A stretch of 64,000 nt of DNA from Octopus vulgaris. Lineage: Eukaryota. Both the position numbers and the translations under genes were made by a program. How positions within the stretch are numbered: position 1 is the stretch's first letter; every line of letters begins with the position of its first letter. The stretch lies in NCBI GenBank assembly GCA_951406725.2, contig OX597814.1, forward strand, positions 111,290,001-111,354,000, read 5' to 3'. The notes below the pieces were generated by a model. That model was given only the letters and a program-made list of their open reading frames with translations, made no database searches and was not told the DNA's origin. Positions 40,901 to 54,348 of the stretch are shown here, in pieces.

Positions 40901-43900
40901 GAGCCAAAAAGAAGATAAGGCTAGTGGTGATGAGCTACCAGAGCGAACTCTCAAGGCAGAAGAAAGTGAGTATAAGAGGGACAGGAGGAGTAGATCAGGG
41001 TCAAGTGGAAGAGGGTTGGTCATTTCATAAGGGTGTGAAAGGAAAGTAACTGACGGTTAGAAGTGGGGGTAGAGGTGAATATAGTGAGTGATGAGCAAGG
41101 GCAGAGATGTGGTTGATACTAAATATCAGAATGGATAGAAGGGGTGGGGTAAAAGTGGTCCGGGGGGGGAGAAGGAGATAACAAGCAATAGCACAGGAAA
41201 GAAGAGGAGAATTAGTATCATAAACTTGTAGACAGATCAGAAAGGAGGGCATAAGAGGGAGGAAGAAGAAGATGGAAGTCAGAGGGACATAAGGGTGGCT
41301 GCACTGAGTGTGGTGATTACAGAGGCTTCTTTACAATCCTATGAAATCAAAGTTCTATGCCATAGGTATAACAATAAATCTAAGAACAAATTCAAGTAGC
41401 AATACAGAACCTTTGATGGTGAAATTCCATAGTCTCTAACCGATTGCAAACATTGGGTACACGAGCTATAATATTCATGTGTGAAAGAAAATTGAAAACA
41501 GGTTCTATGTTTACATGCAAAACCTGCTCAGGAAATATCCTTCCTCAAATTGGCTGCCCCAAGGAAGTAGCTATGGACAAGAATAATCTTAAGGGTTTGA
41601 ATTGCATTTTCTGAAAACCCTAGAATAGACAAATCTGATGGCCGTTCAGGAATTTCAATAAGTTTGGTTTATTATTAATTAAACATTCCTACAACATTTA
41701 TATGTGAAAAAAGTACTGTGCTAGTGTAAGCACTGAGAATATAAGCTTTTTAAAAGTTAAGAGGTAGTAATGATAAATATAGCAGAGGCGGTCGGTTGAA
41801 GGTAGTTAAGTTTGGAGCACATGGAAAAGGGTAGAAAGTGAATGAAAGTATACTATATCCAATCTTTAAGTTGACTCAAAGCAGCATTAAACAGACAATA
41901 TTAGTGATGTGAAGCACCTCAACATAAATGTTAAAATGGCTCAGAAATTGATATGAACAAAGAAGGAAGAGATAACCTTGTTTATTTAGCATACAACCTA
42001 ACCATCTAGAGTTAAAATATTGTTATATTGCTATATATATATATAAAAAGAAAACAAAAAATGGAACAAGAACGTAATGGGTGACAACAAAACATCCAGA
42101 CAGTCAGACACAACAAGAAAGGAAAGGAAAAAACAAGGACAGGTCATTTGGAGCTTCCTATCCTCAGCTGAGTTCCAGATCGTCTAAGGATAAGATCTTG
42201 AACTTTAACAAGAAAGATAAAAGACCACTTCTCATAAGTGGGTAACATATACAGGACAATATTTAAACTTAAATTTAATAATGAAATAAATAAAATAAAA
42301 GTGCTATTGCAAAGGACATATTTTCAGATATTGCAGTGTAAAATGAACACTGAATATTGATTTCAAATTTTGGCTCAAGGCCAGCATGCTCAGGGGATGG
42401 AGTGAGTCAATTAACAGATATCTAATAAATGAGAATTACTGCAACAGAAAACATTTGAATGCATACGATTATCAAATGGAAAGCTTATAATTAACAAGTA
42501 GTACAGATCTTGTTTCTGAAGTAAATTAAAACCTACTAAATACATTATCTGTTGGCAGTAATAATTCAACGATGTATGTAAGCTTTATTTACTTTTAATC
42601 CCAATCACATTAAAAAGAGGCAAATGTTAACTATTAACCCTTTAGCATTCAGATTAGCAAATGTAATATTTATTTAGATTGTTTTAAGTTAATCAGGCAT
42701 TATTTCATAGTTTCAAGATTTTGATTTGATTCAGTTTTAGAATGACATTGTAAGGTAGGTGTGAAAAATTGGATGTGGCTGATTGGAACACAAAACAAGT
42801 AGAGTGCATGGGCTAGATATGGTCGGTTCAACCCTTTTGTTACCATATTTCTGCTGAGATGCTCTGTGTTTCTTTCAATTTATTTTAAATATAACAGAAA
42901 ATTTAGTAAAATAATTTAGTTATCATTCAGCTAATGTTAGGAACATAGATTGTGACAAAGGTTTGGTGGAAGATTTTAATTCAAAACTTATGAAAATAAG
43001 ACATTTGCACTACAGAGCCAGAAGTGATTTCAGCCAGGTTGGTAAAGAAAGGGTTAAGAATTGTTTCTCCATTATATATTTTAACCCTTTTGTTACCATA
43101 TTTCTGTTGAGATGCTCTGTGTTTCTTTCAATTAATTTTAAATATAACAGAAAATTTAGTAAAATAATTTAGTTATCATTAAGCTAGTGTTAGGAATATT
43201 AATTGTGACTAAGGTTTGGTGGAAGATTTTAATTTAGAACTTTTGAAAACAAGACATTTGACTACAGAGCCAGTTTCAGGCGGGTTAGTATCAAAAGGGT
43301 TAAATGCTAAAAGGTTAAAAATTAGAAGAAATAAGAAAAACATTGTTTAAAAACGAAAGTTATCAATGGAAAACAATTTTCTTGTAATGGCATATGCATT
43401 TTCAATATGTTTAAAGGTGAAACTGGAGGGGGGGGGTGTCACTGTTATATCTAGAATCACTTCCTATCATTAACCACACAGCTATGAAGCAACAGTAGGA
43501 TTAGTTTTCAGACAAACAAACTATATGCCTTTCCAAAGAGCAAAGCACAATGTTGCTATTAATTTTATATATTATATAAAGTGCCCATATCATTTGCAGG
43601 TCATCCTGGGCAGACACATCAGCTGTAAAAATTTGAACACTCAACCACATGTTCAAAGGTTGAACTCCTTCACTTTTCAGATCCACTGTGCTTTGTGAGT
43701 TTTCATAAACTAATCATACCTGTCATCATATACCACTCACTACAGCCACCCTTATGTACCCTAACATCTCCCACCTCACTGCTCCTATGCCTTGCATATC
43801 ATCCCCCTACCTTCTGATTTATCCTCCTCCTTGGGTCACTTAACCACTCTTCACACTGATATTTCCCATCAACCACACCTCCACCCTTGTTCATTATTCA

Positions 43901-46900
43901 CTACATTCACCTCTACCCTCATCTCTAACCATGTTACTCTTCCCTCACACCCTTATGAAACTACCCACTTTCCCACCCTGATCTACTGTCCATATCCTCT
44001 CTTATGCTCACCTTCATGTACCTTGAGGGTTTGCTCTGGCACCTCAATGCTGTCATATCTGTCTTCTTCCCAACTACTCCCACCCTTCTGTAATACGGGG
44101 TAGCCATGTAGCTTCTCTCAAGCAAGACACCTGTGCTTGTCCCTCTGTCATACTTTAGCCCCTCAACATCAGGCATAGAGCCACCCAGCCCTCTCAAATA
44201 CTCTCCCAGCTTAGTTGTGGGGCCTTTTCCTTTCATCTTTTTGTACCTTGCAAGTTAATCAACACCCCAACTAATACTGGTAGCATAAAAAAAAGCACCC
44301 AATACACTCTGTAATATGGTTAATGTTAGAAAGGGCATCCACTCATGGAAACCATGCCAAAGCTCTCCCTTGGGCTCAGCATAGTCCTGCAGCTCATCAG
44401 ATCCTGTCAAATTGTCAAACCCATGTGGGTACGGAAAACAGTTGTTAAATGTTGATGATGAATCAACTGACATAGGCATTTTTTTCCCCTCCCTCAAACA
44501 TTATCCAGAAATGAAAGTTGAGCCATCTACCATATTTCTAGTTAATTTCTTTCCTCCATTACCACATTATAAACATGTTGGACTCTCCCACAAATTTTTA
44601 CCTTATACTAAAATACAGGAACTATTTAGCAGTTTTAAAGAGGATTATTTATGAACATATCTTTTCAATTATAAGATATGTTAGTTCATAAGTTGGGTTG
44701 AACAACTGTGATTCAGGTCACAAAATTAATAAAGATCCTTCTTAAGTCATACAGACTTAGGGCCAGTTTCCCGGTTTCTATGACATATATATTCCCCACT
44801 GGATAGGATGCCGGTCTGTTGCAGGATTACTCATTTTTATCAGCTCAGTGGACTGGGGCAAAGTGAAATGAAGAGTTTTGCTCAAGAACACAATGCATTA
44901 CCTGGTCCAAGAATTGAAACTACAATCTTAAGTTCAACACCCTAACTAATAACCACTAAGCCTCCATACAAGATTAATAAAGCTAATGTTTAATCTGATT
45001 GTAGATTAACATCTTTTAGATAGATGCAAGCAGAAAATGAGTTGCAGAGGAATGCAGATTTGGGGACTAAGGATTAGGTATGATGGTATACTGCCTCTCA
45101 AGCTTGAGAGGCAGTTGGATGGAACTTACACTTGCCTCCTTATGAGAGCTCAAAATCTCTCGTGGAAGTGTCATCCAACCAAAGTACAAATATATGGGAA
45201 ATTACCACCTGTATCATCTCTTGTGAAAAGTAGAAGAGTCCAGTTTGCTGGACATTGTTGTAGAACTGAAAACGAGGTAATTTCTACTCTCCTCTAGAAG
45301 CCATCTCCTCGCAATACCAGAGGGCGCACACTCTCCTACCCTGATGTAATCTCCAGGGATACAGGCATCCAGCAACAGGACCTCTGTAATGCTATGATGG
45401 ACCGCGAAGTCTGACGTAACATAGTAAATTCCATTGTTTTGACCACGGTCGAACAATGATGATGATGGTTTACAATGAGTCTGCAAGTAGACATAACAAG
45501 CATTTTTGCCCCTGTACGCCTTTTACATAATTCACTCACTTAATTAGAAGCAGATAGACCAGATTTCTGGTTCTTCTTCACTGCCCACGTTTTTCTTATA
45601 GAAATCAGACCCTGCAACTACTCCAGCTGTATATCAGCTGCATAAATCTCACCAGTTTGGGAGGGACTACAAAGGTCATTAACACTGCCACCCTACCTTT
45701 AACTGACTTATATATGATACACTATGTAATACTTCAATAATAGACCGAGAGAAGTGTTGCCAATATTGGAACAGGTGGCTGTATGGGGCATTGCAAAAGG
45801 TTAGGAAATGTTCAATCTTGAAATACTTATTGGCTCTAGAAAAAAAGAACAATTTTTCAAAACAGATTTTGTGGGTAAATTCAGTAGAGATCACATTTTG
45901 TCAGAATAAACATTAGAAAAACAGAAAGGCTTTTAGCTGTGTTTTTTCATGAATGCTGAGAACTTGTAAATGATTTGACTTTGGTATGAGAGAGAAAAAG
46001 AGAGAAAGAGAGAGAGAGAGAGAAAGAGAGAGAGATATGATACCTTGTTTATCAGAATGTTGCTCTCTTTTCTGTTGTTGTAATTGTGCTGTATGTGAAC
46101 GGAGACATCGTGTAATTCTTTGTGTGGTCTTTTCTTCTTTCTCTTCCTTATTATCTTCTTTGTCTTTTAATTTTATTAATTCATCTTTCTCTTTCACAAC
46201 AAGAGAATCAGTATCTCGTGGTGTAGCATGTGTTTGACTAGTTTTCTCAGAGTTACTGGTGGTGGTGGATGAAGTTGCACTAGATGTGGTGGTAACTGTC
46301 ACTGAGGCAGAGTTAGTAGGTAGTTTGTTGCTTCCATGGAAATTTGACTTAATATCTATATCGGATGAATTATTGCTGTTAATACTAGTTACTGTGGTAA
46401 CTGTAACAGTAGTAGCTGTGTTGGTGTTAGTAATGGAAACAGCTTTATCACCAGACAAAACTGACTGATTGGCTGTCATATGTAAAGTCGTTGTTGTCAG
46501 AGGGACAGCCATTGTTACACTGCTGCCAGCCGTAGATGAGGCAGCATGATCACTAGCAGCAGATGAAGGGCGTGAAGAAGTTGGACTCGAGGCCCTTGAT
46601 GATGCTTGGGAGGCTATATGACATTCATTATTTTGCTCTTCTAAATTGTTTTCTCGTGTTGGGTTTAAAACGTACGGTAATGCTGGTTTAGTTAGGAGCA
46701 TTTTCAAGTTATCTGAATCCATAGAGGATGTTTGTTTTGGTGGGATTATTATTCTCAAAGGTGGTACTTTTAATAATGACGATGATGATGATGAGGAAGA
46801 TGAAGATGATGATGATGATGAGGATGAAGATCTAGGTTCTTTGTCTGATTTTAAAGCAAATCTATCTTTCTCAGATCTAGTAGGTGAAGAAGTACGAGAA

Positions 46901-49900
46901 CCCTCAGATTTTAAGGTTAACCCACAAAGATGGTCATCAGTAGATGGTGGACAAGAATGGAGCTCCCATTTGGTGGGTATTTGACTAGCTGGCCCGCTTG
47001 TTACCAACGTACTAGAATTTGTAATATTATTACTAGAATGCCTTCTTATTGAAGTATTTGAAATAATGTTTGTGTCTACTGTGTGTATATCTCCTTGAAT
47101 GTTATTATTGTTATTTGTTGTTCCTGAGCTAATAGCATTACCATGAGAATTGGATGATGATATTGATGATGATATTGATGATAATTCATGTGGTGCAAAA
47201 TCAGATGATGATGAGGATGAGGATGTTGTTGTCAAACATTTCAACTTTGATTGAGATGTAGTAATAATATTACTAGTGTCCAGTTCTTTACTTTGTGGAA
47301 TGCAATTAGAATCAGTTCTTATTTGTACTGGCATTTGCTGTTTAAGAATTTCAGACATACCAGTTTCATCTTCAGGATCACTAATGTCCTCAAACTGTGG
47401 AGTAAATGTCTGCACAGAATGAGATGAAACTGTATCACCAAAGCTTTTATTAGCTTCATCATTCAGTTGACTATCACCAACACAAACTTTATTATTAATG
47501 CTTCCTTGATGCTGTAAAGTTTCTGGTGCTATAGTCATGCCGGATACACGATTGTCTGACTGACCACTTTCTTTCATACCTGCTGCAACCATACTAGCTG
47601 ATAAATTGCTAACCGATGTACTACCTAAATCACTAGCACGCTCCAAAATGCGAGGTTCATACAAATCACTGTCATTACTACTGTTACTTTCTACAAAGGA
47701 GATGCAGTCTTTATGTTCTACAGTCACACTGTATGCTTTGTATTGTGTTTCAGTTGTATCTTTAGATTTTTCAGACGTTTCTCCACTACAGGGCACATCC
47801 TTGACAAGTTTAAGAAAGAGACGAGGGGAAGCAGTCTTCTCTGGAGACTTGGGCAACAGGGATCTTCTGCTGCCTGAAGTTGATGATGCAACACTTCTCT
47901 CCCATTTCAAAGCAGATGAACCAGTAATTCTCGGAGACAATTCTGCAAAAAAAAAAAAAAAATGAATGAATAAAGTAAATAATGGTTTCAAATTTTGGTA
48001 CAAGGCCAGCAAGTTCAGGAGAGGAAGTAAGTCAATTACATCAGCCCCAGTGCTCAACTGGTACTTGTTTTACTCACCCTGAAAAGGTGAAAGGCAAAGT
48101 CATTTAAGTCCAGTGTCATAATGAGTTACAATGTAAAAGGAAGGAGATTAAAATCAAGAGTAACAAGAGTCACTCATAGAGCGCACACCACCACCAAGGC
48201 AACACCAACGCCCTCGCAATGATTAATCAGAGAGGATTTTTAGAATGAGAATAACTGAAATAAACTCGACTGCTCTCATGAACAAGAATACTAAAAATGA
48301 ACCCAACTGTTCTCAAAAATTAAATAAAAAATCAGGAAAATCAATCCAGAATACTTGTCTGGCACCGGATCAATCCCAAAATCTAATCAGTCTGTACCAG
48401 TCACATGGCCAAACATCTCTGAAAGTTTCATCCAAATCCATCCAGCGGTTCTTGAGATATGTTGTCCACGGACAAACAAACAAACAAACACGACTGAAAA
48501 CAATACCTATGTCTTCACTAAGATGGGGGTAACAATAAGAGCAGGTAAGCAATTAACAAGATAGTGTAGCTTTACCTTTTGAAATGTAAAATACCTAAGA
48601 CAAAAAGTATTATACATGACTAGCTAGCCCTGTGCCGTCAAAAATGACAGCTAATTGTAGTATGTTATATATAAATAAGGGACAAAATAATCACAAGATA
48701 CAAACATTCACATACTTCTCTTGTACACACACATATACTCACACATAGTTGAAACATTGTTTCAGCATTGAATGTTCACGATCCCACTTCCATTGTACAC
48801 ATACACACATAAACGTTCACATACCTCCCTTTTACATACACACACACACAGAGTTGAAATGCTGTTTGACTTTTTCTTTCATTGTAGAACTTCCATCATC
48901 CCACTACCAAGTTTGCCATCACCCCTTCCTTTCTCATTTGTATGTTGCGATGGAGAAAGACACAAGAGTATTATTATATATGATGGAGTCTCCACAACAA
49001 ATACCCCAGCTAGTTACATATAACTCAAATAACCCATCAATAAATCGTCAGCTCCTTTCAACACTGACAAAACATTTTGCAGTCAATAGTCAAAGGACAA
49101 AAGTGTAACTGTAAGCAGGACATGAGTAATTATAGTACAGGGGTTGGCAAACTTCTAAAAATCATTGACCCATTCACGGAAACCCTGATAACTTGTTGAC
49201 TCCCATCTTATAAATTTCTAAAATAAATAAGAAAGCATGATGAATAAAAAAAAAAATTTCTTTTGTGCCTTTATTACGTTTTAGTAAGAAACAAGGAAAT
49301 AAATTAATGAAAATACTTAAATTGATTAAGAACTATAAAAATTCAGTCATAATACATCGATGCAGTTGGAATATATAATGTGAAATATACGTTTGGTGAA
49401 TCCTACTTTATATTGCATCAATATTTGGCTGGAAATTATTGAGTTTAAATTACCCAAACTCTTCCAGATTCAGTTTCCTAATAATCCAGCACCCTAAATG
49501 CTTAAAATCATTGAGCTCTTGGATAACCACAAGGACACCCTACCCCAGGAGGGTGGTCAATACTGACCACTTTGCTGGCCCCTGACTTAGACACAAATAT
49601 CAGGTATCCTGATTGCAGTTTTGTTGATTTTCCTCTTAACCCTTTCGTTACTGTATTTATTTTGAGATGCTCTGTATTTCTTTCAATTACTTTAAATATA
49701 ACAAAGAATTTAGTAAAATAACCTAGTTATCATTAAGCTAGTGTTTGCAACATAAATTGTGACTAAGGTTTGGTGGAAGATTTTAATTCAAAACTTATGA
49801 AAACAAGACATTTGCATTCAGAGCCAGAGCTGGTTTCAGCCGGGTTGGTAATGAAAGGGTTAAAAGCTACATTAATTAGGTAAGTTTACTAAGTACCTTC

Positions 49901-51774
49901 TGAATCTGCAGTACGGTCTTCTTCTTTAGCCGAAGAAGTACTTTCAGGAGATGTCGGAGAACGAGTATCATCAACACTTGAACTATCACTACTTGATGAG
50001 GACATCTCTTTTCTTAATAGCTCTTCTGTATCGGAACATGCAGCAACATCCATAGGTGTTTGGCCTCTACTGTTAGATTGAAGAGGGTTAGCCCCGTGCT
50101 TCAACAGTAATTCAACAAGCTGGAAATAAATAAAGAACAGACATTTCAGAAACAACAGACAATTAAGGAAAACAGAAAAAAGAATTGTAATGTCACAGAT
50201 TTGGTAAGGGAGAATGAATACAAATGAAATATTGTGCAATTGTCTAAACAAAATATTCAGCTGAACGGATCTGATCATTTAAGAATATTACAAATTGAGA
50301 TTAGGTTCTTTTTGCATATTTCAGTAGGTACCTACCAACTTGTGAATAGAGAAAACTTTGGGCTTCATTTATTTATTCATTCATTCACACACCAGCTTTA
50401 TTTTAATATTTCTCTAACCATGCAGTTATACCTGCATATTTGTTCAGATAGTTATATTTAGTAGCTGTTGTTACTTTCACAGTCGTTGAAGAAGCAACTA
50501 CTACTATTACTACTAAAGTCCACTGCAGATTGCTGTGTCCAAACTCCAAGGTTTGGAAATAATCACACCCACGAGTATATATCATTTTAATTAGCTTTCA
50601 CTCAGAAATGATTACTTCAACTTTCCAGTTATTTTTTTTTTTTAAATATGTTAAAAAATAGCAACAACTGTCGTTTTCTCAATTCTAAGCTCAAACTATT
50701 AGTAAAAAAAGAAAAAACAACCCCTTTTTTAGTCAGTGAAGAAGTCACCTAGAATCCACTGGATTCATTAAATAAGACTGACACATTGATCAATTAAATG
50801 CAAGACTTTTCAGGTTTCAAAGTAGCTGTTACTTGCTTGCGTAGACTCTTGTCTTATATTTTGTATTGCGAAAACAATGTTTATAGAAATATAATATACT
50901 TCACCGCCAATATTAGCAGCTGAAAATTGGTGCGATATTAATATGATATGATAAAAACAACAGAATATTAATAATGTCAGCTTGGTTTGTAACAAGAAGA
51001 AAATTTACCTTTTGATGTCCACTGGCAGATGCATCATGAAGAGGAGTATCATTTTCTAAGCCATGAACATTTACATTAGCACCAGCTTTCAATAGGTGTT
51101 TAGCAATGATTAACCAACCACGGGTGCATGCTTCGTGGAGAGGAGTCCAACCTTTATGGAAAATTAAAAACTCATTTATTTCAAATGGAAACCATTCCAC
51201 CAAAGGGCCTCATTAATATAAATATATTTAAAGAATGCATTTAATCTATAATATAATTAGCAAGCTATATATGCAAATGTGCATGAGTGTGTGTATGTGT
51301 GTAGTGATTATGTTGTGGAAGGACCATTTTAGTTATTTAGAAAAAACAAAAATTTCATTTTACTTTTTATTATTTCTTGACCTATCAAGGTTTTTCACTA
51401 CACCACTGCATGTATACTGTGTGTATGTGTGTGTGTGTAGATATAAATGATGGACTCTCCTGTCAAAGATGACGTAAGGGCATTCAGCTTTTGCCAAATG
51501 ATCTGCATATGATGATTTATAGTGATCAAATGTTTATGCTGCACATTAGCTCACATTGTCTCCGTCAAATCAGCATTGTCTGAACAGGTGCACGGTGTGT
51601 CAGGTGTCAAAGTGATTGCAGAGTAACATGAGAGGAAGTGTCTTGTTCGAGAACACAATGCAGAACCTGGTCTAGGAACTGAACTCATGATCTAGCAATT
51701 GAGAGTGCACACTAAGCCATACATATATGCACACATGCCATGATGATGGTGATATGTGTGTGCGTGTGTGTGTG

Positions 51775-51808
<34 letters not shown>

Positions 51809-51924
51809 TACATGCACATATGACAATATTTGAGTATTTATATTTATCCATTAATGTGTATAATGAGTTTGTCAATATTTAACATATGAAAATGTGAGTG
51901 TGAGAGCATGTGAGAGCATGTGTG

Positions 51925-51977
<53 letters not shown>

Positions 51978-54281
51978 TATTATGGATATATTTGTTGGTA
52001 TATATTTAATTATATTTTCCCTTGTGTGTGTATGTTTGTATATACTTTTGAATGTCAATAACTATTACAGATATTGATACTTCTCAATGTGTATTTTTAC
52101 ACATTATTTCATTAAGGCTTTTTTTAAAAACTTAACCCATTGATCTAAAGCAGTGGTTCTCAAGCACGGTCCACATGACCCTTGAGGTGTTATAAAAGAT
52201 TTTGTGATTAAAATTCATGTGCAATAAATTGGTTATAATTCTACAAAATATTTTAACAATTTTTCTTATACAATTTCCTATAATATTTAACTATAAAAAT
52301 ATAATACGATTTTTTTAAATGTTGAATGGCTAGGAGAATACATCTGAATTAATTAGGAATCAAAGGGGTCCATATGTAAAAAGGGTTGAGAACCAGTGAT
52401 CTCAAGAATGTGTTGCTTGTTATAATATTTTTCATATTTCATGTAATTTAGTTGCGTGTAAGTGTTATTCGTAAATTCAAACATATATGTGGCGTTAGGA
52501 AGGGCATCCAGCCGTAGAAACACTGCCAAATCTGACTGGGCCTGATGAAGCCTTCCGGCTTCACAGACCCCAGTTAAACCGTCCAATCCATGCTAGCATG
52601 GAAAACGGACGCTAAATGATGATGATGATGATTTTTCTAATTTGGTCAATTTGTCTGGAAAATCATTTCCAATGCTATCTAATCAACTCTTAATTGTAAA
52701 TGAGTCTAAAATTTGAATTTTTTAATAGCTTTTTTTTTCTTCTTCCCAAGGCTGTAATAGGAATCCAAGTTCATAATCATTTTTGAAAATACATCATTAC
52801 ATTTCTCATTAACCTTTTGTCTCTTCTTCGAATTTACCTGTTTGAATTATTTCCCTTGATTAGCTGAATTCAATAACATTTTTATTTATTTTTCACACAA
52901 ATGATTTCATCTACTTTGCTTCTGTATTTATAATAACTACGTAAGCATCTGTACAATAACTAATAGAACCTTCCATCTTCAATGAATTTGTCCTGCAAGT
53001 CTGAAATTTCTAGATCACTCCTTTCGATATTCAGGACGTTTCTTCAATGTATGTTTTTTTTTTTTATTGGTCAATCCTTGTCTCTTCCCTCTTTCCAACT
53101 GGAGTAGCCATGTAGCTCTTCTACAGTAAGATATCTGTTTCCGACCCGTCATCATACTTTAACCTATCATCTAGTACTAAACCCCTTCCCTTAATACTAC
53201 TTCCCAACTCATCTAAGGGCCCATGCCTTGCAAGTTACTTAGTGGCCATGCTGGTGCTATGTGGAAAAAAAAGCCCAAAACATTTAGTGCTCTCTGTAAA
53301 GTGGCTGGTGTTAGGAAAGACATCCAGGGATAGAAACCATGTGAAAGCTTTGTAGTCTTCTGAATTACCAGCTCCTGTTGATCTGGCCAAACCATGCCAG
53401 CAGGGAAAACAGACATTAAATGCTGACTATATGAGTGACACTGAGAAGAATTGTGAGAAACATCTGTACAGCCATTGAGCATATCTACGGTCTTCAATAT
53501 AATACAAAAGGTCCCTCAATAAAATTATAGTTCAATTTTTATTTACTGAAATCGTATATTGTTATTTATATTCTAAAACAATTGCTAAAATTTTCATTAA
53601 TGATATAACACACTTTTGTATGGTTTTTGGACAGACTGCTATCAAAAATATCAATGAAGTTCTTTGAAATTGTAACCAAATTAACACACGAAATTTCACA
53701 AAATTAACCATATCTGGAACTATCAAATCTGAAAATCATGACACCAGAGAAAATATTGAGGAAATATTGGAAATTTTACCTGCAAAATCTTTAACATTTA
53801 CATCAGCTCCAGCTTTAATCAGTTTTTTAGTCTGTTTTGGATCTCCTTTGATAGCAGCCAAATGTAAAGGTGTTTCTCCATGCTCATTTCGCTTATGCAC
53901 TCTTTTATCACCAGGCGTTCGCTTAGCGGACATCACAGGTGACAATGATTTGGGAGAAGAATCTGTTGCTTTAAAGAGTAAAATTAAAAACATTAACCAT
54001 ATATATATATATATATATATATAATGTGCGTGTGTGTGTGTGTATCAAATATATTATATATATAATAATTTCTTATCTATAACTGGTTAAATTACAATTA
54101 AAGTGGTATTTTGAATTCCTTCAGGATTACAATTTTAGAATTAGTCTATTTACTAATTACATACTGTTTATTATCATGAACTTTATTGTGATCTAGGTAA
54201 ATGTTTTATCATATATTTTATTTTTTCTACATGGTATGATTTACATCTATCATTGTTTGAATTATATAACAGTCGTTTTTC

Positions 54282-54348
<67 letters not shown>

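Noticed and set aside
46646-46984. Plus-strand acidic ORF (poly-D/E)
   Set aside because: Antisense shadow of the poly-Ser coding tract.
45913-48057. 714-aa ORF as a stand-alone gene
   Set aside because: Its start lies in a SINE and its end in a (CT)n intron tract; only 47942-46044 is exon.
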